Shown here piece by piece: positions 17,888-27,667 of a DNA stretch of 64,000 nt (position 1 is its first letter; every line of letters begins with the position of its first letter). Below the pieces are notes generated by a model. That model was not told the DNA's origin. It saw only the letters and a list, made by a program, of their open reading frames with translations, and searched no databases. The position numbers and the translations under genes are program-made. The stretch is from Candidatus Krumholzibacteriota bacterium (GTDB lineage Bacteria > Krumholzibacteriota > Krumholzibacteriia > JAJRXK01): NCBI GenBank assembly GCA_963764625.1, contig CAVXTH010000009.1:1-64000 (forward strand), in the 5' to 3' direction.

Positions 17888-19000
17888 GTGAGCGACTCCG
17901 CACTGCAAATTCCGACTTGGCGCAAGATTTTCTATGCGCTGATCCTCCTCTGCGTGGCACTGCTGATCGGGGAGGGGGCGCTCAGGCTGCGTGCCTGGAT
18001 CAAGTACGGAGGTGCCGCCGCCGGGGTCCGGGACCCCATGGTGGTCTACGACCCGTTGATCGACCTCACGATCCCGCGCGCGGGATACGAAGTCAGCGGC
18101 AAGGACATCCACATCAAGATCAACTCTCTGGGGTTTCGCGGGCCCGAGTTCGCGCGCGAGAAGCCACCCCACACGGTTCGCATTGCCTGCTTGGGCGCGT
18201 CGACGACCTTCTCAGCAGAGGCCTCGTCGAACGACTTCGTGTGGACGAAGCTGCTCCAGGATAAATTGCAGGCCGCACATCCCGACGTACACTTCGAAGT
18301 CATCAACGCGGGCGTTCCCGGTTACACTTCGGCCCAAAACCTCAAAAGCCTCCGCTCCCGCGTTCTCGACCTGGATCCCGATCTCGTCATCTACTACGAG
18401 GCGAACAACGAGATCGTGAAGGATACCCGCAAGCTCGCCATCGAAAGAGGACTGATCAACCCCGATAGCGGCCGGCGATCGCCCGTGATCCGAACGCTCT
18501 CCCGTATGAGCCTGGCGTTCGATCTCATCTACAAGAATCTCGCCATCCTGCTTCGCAGCCGTAAGGAATCGAAGGGTGCGCTCGATAGCGTCCCTCAGAA
18601 TTTGCCTGCGCACTTCATCGCCACTTTGGACGAGATGAAAGGTGAACTCGACGAGCGAGACATCCAGTTTGTCCTGTCCACCTTTATCGTGAAATATCGG
18701 CATGGACAGGATCGGGCCACGCAGATCGCAAACGCAAACGTCGCCTTTTACTACATGCCCTGGATGAGCATCGATGGGATGCTGAATGCCATGGACGTCT
18801 ACAATGGGGCCATCGTCGCCTACGGGCGGAAAAACGAATTGATGGTAGTAGACGACCGCTACGCGATCCCTGCGGACGATGAGGACTTCGCCGACTGCAT
18901 GCATCTGGCCGACAAGGGCAATGAGGCGATGGCTGAGCGGTTCTTCAAAGCATTCGAAGAGTCAGGACTCGACGAACGGCTCTGTCAGCGAGTTCGCTGA
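17888..19000 (+). CDS. Membrane-anchored SGNH/GDSL hydrolase (SxtL-like position)
   Basis: N-terminal TM, INSLGFRG, LGASTTF, INAGVPGY, ANNE and DCMH blocks. Confidence 0.85.
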   Translation: MSDSALQIPTWRKIFYALILLCVALLIGEGALRLRAWIKYGGAAAGVRDPMVVYDPLIDLTIPRAGYEVSGKDIHIKINSLGFRGPEFAREKPPHTVRIACLGASTTFSAEASSNDFVWTKLLQDKLQAAHPDVHFEVINAGVPGYTSAQNLKSLRSRVLDLDPDLVIYYEANNEIVKDTRKLAIERGLINPDSGRRSPVIRTLSRMSLAFDLIYKNLAILLRSRKESKGALDSVPQNLPAHFIATLDEMKGELDERDIQFVLSTFIVKYRHGQDRATQIANANVAFYYMPWMSIDGMLNAMDVYNGAIVAYGRKNELMVVDDRYAIPADDEDFADCMHLADKGNEAMAERFFKAFEESGLDERLCQRVR

Positions 19001-19013
19001 TCTACGATCCTCA

Positions 19014-22000
19014 TCAGCGCACCAGAGCGAGCTTGACGCTGGATTCTCCTGAATTTGTCACCAAATGCGCAAAGTAGATGCCGGAAGCCAGGGACCGGCC
19101 TCCTTCATCGCGCCCATCCCATTCCACGAAAGTTTCCCCGGCGTGCATCGGTCCGTCGATCAGGCGGCGCACTCTGCGACCCCGAACGTCGAAAATCTGC
19201 AGAAGTACGCGTCCCTCCGACGCCAAATACATGTGGATCTTGGTGGAGGGGTTGAAGGGGTTGGGATAGGGAGGGAGCAGTTGGGTGATACGACGGGTTG
19301 TCGGTGGAGTTTCCGTCGAGAAGAGTTGATCCGTGAAGACCAATTCGTGCATATCTGAAAAGCTCACCGAGGCACGGGTGCCGTCCGGCAACGGCTGCGC
19401 CGGTTGCACCGGATCCACCTGCAACTGAGTGACGGCGGCGTGCGGTGTGTTGGCTGGATCAGTTACGACCGCGGGCAAATTCCACTCGGCGATCACGCCG
19501 GTGAGCGTCATCGCCGGTCGCAGGGGCCAGCGCTCAAGCGTGGCGATCTGCGTTGAATTCCCGCCGTATTGCCACTGCTGCATTCCGCCATCGAGTCCTT
19601 GTGCCGTCCAGCTGCTCGCGCCCACACCACTGAAGTCGGTCTCGAGTTGGACCGAAGGGCCGTTGCGCAGGGTCAACTTGATCTCAGTATTGGTATTGTT
19701 GTCCTGGAAGAGGACCTCTACGTTGCCGTTGGGTTCCTGCGTGAGATTGGGTCCCGGGAAGTTCAGCTGCACCGGTTGACCGTCGAGCCGCTCCACCAAG
19801 AACGAGGCAGGAGTGTTCCAATCCGGGCGCACGATCTCGAGACTTGCGTTGGAGTTGACGAAGTATCCGTTTTGGAGATCGCGGAAGATCTCATCGAAGC
19901 GCTGAATGCCATACGAGGCGATCTGAACTGGCGGAATGTCATTGGCCGTGAGCTGAACTTTTCCGAACAGTCCCTTGGCCATGCTGCCACCCGTCTCCGA
20001 AGTCAGGGTCAGCTGATCACCCACGTAGTTGTTGCCACCGATCGTCAAGGTGACGTCCTGCCCCCAGTCGCAGAGCAGATTCAGTTCGCCACCATTCCAC
20101 AGCAACCCCAGAATGGCCGGCAGACCCTCGCTGCACTGCCAACTTCCAGTGAAGCCGCTCTGCGAGTAGACCGTCTGATCGCTCTGCGTGAAATTCAGAG
20201 AGAGAGTCGATGATCCGAGCGCACTCATGTCGGGCTGGTGGGTCATGACGCCCGAAGATGCAGTTGAGGTGAGGGTCACAAGAGGGTTCCCGCTGGGATG
20301 GTCAAAGCTCCAGTTCAGGCTCGCCCCGTCCGGCAGGTTCACCGCGGGCAGGGTATTGGCGAAGATGATGCCGACGCCGTCGACGCCAGCCGTTCCGGTC
20401 TTGCCGAACCCTCCCCCCAGGCCCATCAGATCGATGTTCATCCCACCGCTGGCGGAGTTCAACCCGCCGAGTTCGAGGGCCCCGACGGTGCGGGCGAGGG
20501 TAGCCGCGTCGAGCGCTTCGCAGATGAGCCCGGCCCAGAGCTCGCCCGGGAAGGGGTTGATGACTGCGCTGTTTACGAGCGTGAAGGGATGGCTGTCGAG
20601 AGTGGGATCGCCCCCGGCCCACCCGGGCATGCCCGAGCTGCCGAAGCTGGTGTGGGAAACCGGCGCGGGGGTGAGCGCAAATCCTTCCACACTCGCGTGC
20701 AACCTCAGCCTGCCGTGCAGAAGTGGTACGTCGGGGGTGTCGGGATAGGGCGACCTGAGAACGGCGCGGAATTCGCCCGGTCCCGCGTGGCTATCGGTAA
20801 GACGGGTTGCATAGAGGTAATTCGTGTAGAGGAGTTCGACCCTCGGATCGTTGAGAGCTGGAATCGCGAACTCGATCCCCTTCATCTGGTTGTTCGGGGG
20901 AAGTTTGCTCGCAAGGACGTAGAAGTCGACCGTGGCTCCGGGGGCGGCGATTTGTCCCCATTGGGTTCCTTCGGCATCGAAGAATACGCTGATCACTCCT
21001 ACCCCCGGACCGACGTGAGGACTGCTCGAGGGACACGCCACATCGTCGTTCATCGCAGTTTCGATAACATGGTCATCCGAGCTGTCTACGTGCCCGTCGA
21101 GGTTGTAGTCCACTCGGTGGTCGTTGGTGGCGAGATAGTCGAAGTAGCGCACATAGTCCAAGAGGCCCACGTTCAAGTCCTGGTCGAGGTCGACACAGCG
21201 CACTTTGAAGTTGATCAACTGGGGCGAGAGAAGGCCTCCGATGCGGAATACCGTCGAGGCAGACCTGCATCTGCTCGGCGTGGCCGCCCGCGGCCAGCGG
21301 GAGGCTGAACTGCGTGATGCCGGCCTCGTCGGTGCTGCTATCCGCCCACGGCGGCGTAGGACACCACACCAGATCGGTCTCGGGCCAGGCCTTGAGGGTG
21401 ATGCGGCTGGGAGCAATGCCGGGGACCGGCCGATAGACGTCATCGAGGAGCTGCACATGGATGGTGGCACCGATCGATTCCAACGAGGGACCGGAGGCAT
21501 CGGGGATGGAGAGCGCGGCCGCACCCGGAGGCGCGATGATCACGGACTTGCTCACGTCGGGTGGTCTTGGGGGTGTCGGAGCCGGGATGAGCTTGCGCCA
21601 TACCCCACGCCCGAAGGTCCCCGCGTAGAGCCAGTATTCTCCCAGCGTTTCTCCGGTGGGGACCAACTCGAGCTCGCGCACGTCCATGTCTACCGGCATG
21701 CCCATGTTCACCGCGAACCAGTTCGTGCCTCCGTTCGGGGTCCAGGAGACACCGGTGGAGGTGGCGGCGAAGATCTGATTGGGGTCGTTCGGGTGCGCGA
21801 CGACGTCTTGCACGATGAAGGACTTCAGCGATCCCGGAGATGTCGGTGTAGCTTTCGCCCCAATCGGTGGTCATGAAGAGGTTTCCCGTACCATATCCCA
21901 CGCTGTTCAGGATCGCGTAGGCCCGTCCCAAGATCGTCGGATTGGGAACGACAGCGCGGACTATTCCGGCCGGAAGTTCGGGGGCGTCGCCGTCGGACCA

Positions 22001-23857
22001 GGCGCCGTCTTTGTAGACTTGAATCCGCCCACTCGATGCAGCAACAGTATTCGCAAGGGTGGCGTAGACTGCGCCGGATTCGCCCCGTTCGACATCGATG
22101 CCGTAGATCGAGTCGGGAAAAACCGTTGAATTCAGCTTATGCCAGGTCGTATCCGCATCCAAGATCCAGTAGACGAAGCCACCGGCGTGGGTATACGTCC
22201 GCACCCTGTACGGTGCGGTCTTGATGTAGGGATACCAGTTCGGGTTGTCATCGATGCCGTCCTCGACTCCGACGTTGGATCCGAAGGTATCCATGCTCCG
22301 GTTGCGAAGCCAGGCCTTTGGACCGTCGAATACTCCTAGTGCATTCCAGGAAACGCTGCAAATATCCGGATCGATGGCGACACCGCCACCGTCTCCCGTC
22401 GACATTTGTTCCCAGTTCATTCCGTCCGTGGTTACCGTGACACCGTTGTCCTGCAATCCTCCCATGCTCACACTGGGATCGTTGGGACAAACCGAAAGAA
22501 AGAAAAACTGGCTGATGGGATAGGTATTCGCCGAGGAATCGAAGTTCTGGCCTTGATCCGTCGAGTGGAATACCCCCCCGTCGCTGCCCTCCCATAGCTC
22601 GGTGCCGGCATCGTTCCACTCGAAGATGTGGTGATCGGCGTGTGTGCCGTTAGGCGTGGTCCAATTCGCCCCACCGTCGTCGCTGCGCGCGATGTGGACT
22701 CCCCCTACCAGAACCAAATCGGGGTTGTTGGGATTCACGGTGATAGCTTCATTGTAGTTCGCTTGTTTATTGGAAAAATCAGGAGGAAGTCCGATGTCGT
22801 CCCAGGAGACCCCATCGGTGTCCGTACGCAGGATGGTGGTCACTTTATTGCTGTCGGTGGTGGCGAGCAGAAACCAAAGCGTTTCCGGTTGAGTCTTACA
22901 GATTGCCAGGTCGCCATTGAAGTAAGTCGAGCCGTCATAGGTATCCGTGGTCAGTTTGTTCCAGGGGGCTCCCAAATTTGGAGTAGCGGTAGAGCCCATC
23001 TCTCCGGAAGGCAGCGTAGACGACACCTGGCTCCGTGGGGTGGAGGACCATCGCGAAGCAGTCTCCAGATTTCGTGCGAGTCCAGCTCACTCCGCCATCA
23101 GTGGGAAATGAGATGGCCGGTAGGAAGAAGCGGCGTGGACTTCGAGTGGATTCCACGGTGCAAATTCCAGGTCGTAGAACCAGCGCGGACTCGTGCCGGC
23201 AATCGACGCGCTCGTCCAGCTCGAACCACGATCGGTCGTGTAGTAGATTCCACTGCCGGTGAAGATCGCCGGCTCCCCCGTACCGATGACAATCCGATTG
23301 TCGTTCCCCGGATCGGTGGCGAAGGCGCCGATGAAGGGGGAGACGTTGTCAGTCAGGCAGACGTAGCTTCCCGATTGGGATTCCCAGAGTCCACCCGAAG
23401 CGCTCCCGACACGCAGGCCAGTGGACGAGCGCCACTCCAGCGAGCGAACGCGTCCGGAGTGCGTACGCGTCGTGCTCCGTACCGGAAGGCCATTCGGACC
23501 GACGAATTCCCATTGGTGTACGAGCTTGCTCGAGGAGTTTCCGTTCGGCGGTTGGTAGGTGGTCTCATCGGGAAGTTGGACCCAATCGTCGTGCAGCGCC
23601 TGCGTGACCTCGTAGGGGAGAGTGGTGCCGTAGGGATAGTGGGACTGGGCGAGCAGCCATTGCATCGCCTCCACGCCGTTCCGTTCCCCCTGTTCCTCGG
23701 AGGGGTTCGCGGGAACGTGCGAAGGGTTCAGAAACCACCCGCGGGAGAGAAACGCACCGAGCACGGCGAGCGCAAAGATAGAGAGAAGCAGACCCTGATA
23801 GCGAGAGGACCTGAGGCTTTTCGCTGAACCAAGCAAGAACGGGCGAAATCGGAACAT
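19014..23857 (-). CDS. Very large secreted BNR/Asp-box beta-propeller protein with dockerin/EF-hand-like motif and C-terminal FlgD-Ig/CTD-like domain; interrupted by several frameshifts
   Basis: Consecutive fragments in different frames: WEFVGP..SGRV..GGLW, TTDRGSSW, SDDGGANW..HADHH, GGLQDNG, TPNGGTNW..AGTFGRGVW, DLDQDLNVGLLD..DYNLDGHVDSSD and PNPFNP..SGIYF..LALVR. Confidence 0.75.
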
Positions 23858-23970
23858 CGGGACCTCCGGCTCGACTTCTGGCCCGACGCGCTGGGGCACG
23901 TTCTGGGCGAAGGAGGGGGAAGAACCCTGAGTATAACACGACGCGTGCTCGCGACGACAGAGGAGTGGCC

Positions 23971-25407
23971 CTACTTACCCGGTGCTTTGGTCTGAGCTTG
24001 GAACTCGGACTTCAGGAGGCCCATGCTCGGGCTGTCCACATACGTCGAGCTGTCACCAAAAAAAGAAATCGTATCGTCCACCGACGGGCTGCCACCGCCA
24101 AAGAGTTGGATTCCGTTCGCGGTCAGTTGGTATTCCTGTCCATTCACGAAGGAGTCCGCCGTAGCGACGCTCACCATGGCCACCGTACCAGTCACGGAAA
24201 CGGAAAGCGGCGTGAAGGAGGTCCCCTGTTGGATTGCTCCCTCTGGGCTTTGGTTTTCGAATACGATTTTTCGGATCTTCTGGAACATTTCGAACGAAAG
24301 CATGGAGTAGAGGGCATACCCGCCGGCCTGGCCCGACGAGTTGTCGCTCGCCAGGACATCTTGGGTGAAGTTCTGAACGTTTCGCCCGCTCGGATGGGGT
24401 ACGTCGTTGGCATCCAAGAAACCGCCAAACCACGAACCGGGCGCATTCACCGGGCCGTCATTCGGTTGGTAGTGCTTGATGGCCGCATAGAAGTCCACGT
24501 AGGGGATGTGGAGTTCGTTGGCCACCTCTTTGATGGAGCGATTCGTATCCTCGACCAGATTGGTGCCGATGAGATCGCTCCGCGGCGGGATGGTGACCAG
24601 GAACGGCACCACGCCCAGGTTGATGTATTCCTGCACATAGGCCTTGTATGAGGCTTTCCAGGAGGTGCGCATCGTGTTGTTGTTGCGGATCTGGGAGACG
24701 TCGTTGGTTCCCAACATGATGGAACATGCCCTGGGGATTGACGTTGCTTACCGCGACATCGGCGTGTCCATAATCCTGCGAGGAAGCCACCGTCCACCCG
24801 CTCTCACATCCATTAGCGGGGCCCTTGTTGTAAGCGGAGAAGTGGTAGTAATCCTGGGATTGCATCCACTCGGCCAGAGAGCCCGCGGGCGGCGGATTCA
24901 AGGGGTCCTCGTAATAGGGGGGGTTCAGAGAACGTTCCGATCCTATCGTGAAACCCGTAGTGTTTTCTGCGAGTCCCCAAGCGAAGCCGCAGCTGATGTA
25001 CGCGGCGGAATTTGTGATCGAGTCACCGATGTAGGCGACAGCACCACTTCGAGGGCGGCCATGTCCAGCCGAGCTGTCCTGACCATTATCCCGAATGGCT
25101 CTCAAGTTCTCAGCCATGGCCGGGGTAATTGGACTCAAAAACCGAGAGCATTGAAATCGGCCCACGGGTTGATCGTATGTCCGAGATAGTCGGTCAAAGA
25201 CAAAGTCGCCGACGTGGGAACGACTTTGAGGAGGGCGTAGTTGTCGGTGTTCTGGCCGGTGCTCGGATCGATATTCCGGTCAAACGTGATCTTGAGGGTA
25301 GTGCTGGAGGTGGTTATGGCTTCGGTCATGGCCGGTTGCCCGTGGGCAGTCTTGCCACGAATGCCAGGAGAAGCGAGGAGAGTGGATGGGATGAGTCGCC
25401 TGATCAT
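23971..25407 (-). CDS. Secreted SGNH hydrolase flanked by halves of an Ig-like domain; frameshifted
   Basis: GDSIT, LGTND and DVPH blocks lie across frames joined near 25140 and 24720. Ends SPSMGLLKSEF. Confidence 0.7.
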
Positions 25408-25654
25408 GGGTGTTCTTCTTTCGATGGGCGCGCCGCATCTTTCGCTACCAATACGACACCCCGCTCCACCTGGTCCAGTAAAATCAGCGGCGGAGCTGTC
25501 CATGTGTGAAGTCTTCAGTGAGAAAACATAGGCTCACTCGGCGAAAGTGGCGAATCCGGGCCTGACCGCGGAGTTTCCGATCGTCTCCCCTCGTGGCGCC
25601 ATGGGTGGAGAAGTGCGCTGAGGGCGCCAACGTTCTTGTCCGTTCGCCCGAGAA

Positions 25655-26116
25655 TCAGGCCGCTCCGAAGTACTCGCTCACCGCCTTGCGGCGGTAAGAG
25701 AAGATGCACTCCAGAGAGCGCAGCACGAACAGCGATCGGGCCACGGTGCCCAGGGGTCCAAACGGAAGCTCGTAGTCGACCAGGTCGCGCATGCGCGTCC
25801 CCTGCTCGACCCCCTCGAACTCGTGCGTATGGTGCCAGTACCGGTAGGGCCCTTTGAGCTGGATGTCGACGAAGCGCCGTTCGGACTCGAACTGCTCGAT
25901 GCGGGTCCTCCATTTCATCGAGATCCCGTAGAGACGCAACGAGTAGTCGATGATCGTCCCCGGCTTCATCTCGATGGGTCCGGGAGTAAGGATCTTGAAA
26001 CCGAGAAAGCCAGGAGTGAGTCGCTCGAGATTGCGGGCGTCGGCAAAGAACGCAAAGACCTCCGTGCGTGGTCTGGGAATGATCTGCGTCTGCTCGAATT
26101 GCCAGCGGTGTGCCAT
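25655..26116 (-). CDS. SRPBCC/START-domain family protein
   Basis: VFAFFADARNLERLTP, FVDIQLKGPYRYWHHTH, DLVDYELPFG and IFSYR motifs. Confidence 0.9.
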   Translation of the reverse strand: MAHRWQFEQTQIIPRPRTEVFAFFADARNLERLTPGFLGFKILTPGPIEMKPGTIIDYSLRLYGISMKWRTRIEQFESERRFVDIQLKGPYRYWHHTHEFEGVEQGTRMRDLVDYELPFGPLGTVARSLFVLRSLECIFSYRRKAVSEYFGAA

Positions 26117-26315
26117 TAGATGAGACCGATTGCTTTGCCGAAAGTTGGGCGCTACACCAAGCCCCCAGGGCGAGGATGCGATTGGGGAGAACGATAGCCC
26201 AATTCCACCGGTCTGTGCGAATCAATCCGTAAGGTGTGTGCTCGTGTTGGAACGGCCATAAAACAGGTGTTCGAATGGTCGCCGAGATAAAGCACCTAGC
26301 CATGGGCACGAGCCC

Positions 26316-26483
26316 GGGCGACTGGTGACGACACTCGTCGATGTGGCCAAGAGTGTTGGCAGGCATGACGTTTCGTGGGATGCTAGGGACTCCAAAGGTC
26401 TTTCCGTTGCGTCGGGAACCTATCTCTGCCAGCTCGCCGCAGACGGCGTCATGCAGACCCAACGCATCGTTCTGCTGAAATAG
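26316..26483 (+). pseudogene. Orphan 3' half of a FlgD-Ig/CTD-like domain (not in the ORF track)
   Basis: Frame from 26316 reads GRLVTTLVDVAKSVGRHDVSWDARDSKGLSVASGTYLCQLAADGVMQTQRIVLLK-stop, with no PNPFNP half upstream. Confidence 0.75.
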
Positions 26484-26505
26484 AGGGTTCTACGAAGGAG
26501 TTGTC

Positions 26506-27288
26506 ATGTTGCGTGCACGAATAAGACGCATTCCGGTTGCGGCGCAGGCGATCGTATTCATGACCATGTTCGCCGCATCGGCGGGCGCGGTCGAGACCCA
26601 CGTCACCGTCAACGTGCTCAGCAAGGACGCCAAGTTCATCGGCTCGAGCATGGGCGGGGCACTGGTCACGATCCGCAACGCCGACACCGGCGAGCTGCTG
26701 ACTTCGGGCCTCACCGAGGGCTCGACCGGCAACACCGGTCTGCTCATCAAGAACGACATCACGCGGCGCACTACGCTCGTCGACGACGGTTCGGCGAAGT
26801 TCCAGGCGACGGTCGACATCGACGCGCCCACGCGAGTGGAGATCTCCGCGCGCGGGCCCATGGCGCAGCGTCAGTCCATTGATGCGGCCTCGGTCACCCA
26901 GTGGCTGCTTCCGGGGAAAGATGTCACTGCCGGTAACGGGGTATTGCTGGAGATCCCGGGCTTCGTGGTGGACGTGCTCTCGCCGCCCACACATCAGAGT
27001 ATTGCTGGGCCAGCCGACGTCACCGTGCGCGTCAATCTCACCATGATGTGAGGTTGCTCCGTGGAGCCCGGGGGGCTCTGGGATTCGGACGCGCTCGAGA
27101 TCACAGCACACGTCATCAAGAACGGCGAACCCATGACCGAAGTCGCGATGAAGTACGCCGGCGCGCCGAGTCAGTTCGAGGCGACGCTTCCGGCCCTCGA
27201 GTCGGGACTGTACGTGGTGACCGTCACCGCCTTCGATCCGCGCAACGGGAACGCGGGGGTGGATACCACGACTTTCATGGTCAGGTAG
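26506..27288 (+). CDS. Exported candidate selenoprotein with MM-U-G-C motif (in-frame TGA at 27049-27051)
   Basis: ORFs 26506-27051 and 27061-27288 share a frame: ATG ATG TGA GGT TGC TCC GTG GAG. Signal peptide (..ASAGA), AAGGAG RBS and a hairpin just 3' of the TGA. Confidence 0.75.
27058..27083 (+). promoter_or_regulatory. Candidate bacterial SECIS hairpin
   Basis: TCC-g-TGGAGCCC-[GGG]-GGGCTCTG-GGA. The G-containing apical loop starts 18 nt after the TGA. Confidence 0.5.
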
Positions 27289-27667
27289 CGGAGCGGGCCT
27301 CAGGGTTCGAAAGTTGACGTTTGTAGTTACTTGAACACCCGGGAGATGAGGTGTAGCAGAGTAAGAAGCCTGCTATTCCTGTCTTGGATTGGTGGCGAAG
27401 CGCGTGAAACGGAAACTCGACGCAGCGACTGAATGTTTCAGTCAGCAAATTTCGTTCCGTGAGCAGAAGCCGTTGCATGGTATGGATTCACGATAGAGCA
27501 AGTCGGTCAGGACGGTTGACTGGAAGCAAGCTTTTTCATTCATGGCTCATGATCTTCGCCGGCCGGGAGTATACTGCCTCACGAATTGGTTTCCCCGCCA
27601 GCGCCACGTTTCAGGACGGTAACTACGGAGAGCCGCCGTCGCCCTTTCGACGTGCAAGGAATTGATC

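Noticed and set aside
15374-19000. Saxitoxin biosynthesis cluster
   Set aside because: No sxtA, sxtG or other core genes are present; this cassette is widespread outside toxin producers.
27289-27667. Riboswitch (for example c-di-GMP-I) in the long leader
   Set aside because: Short hairpins exist (GACTGAA/TTCAGTC, TAGCAG/CTGCTA), but I could not build the consensus pairing of any known family; an Infernal scan is needed.
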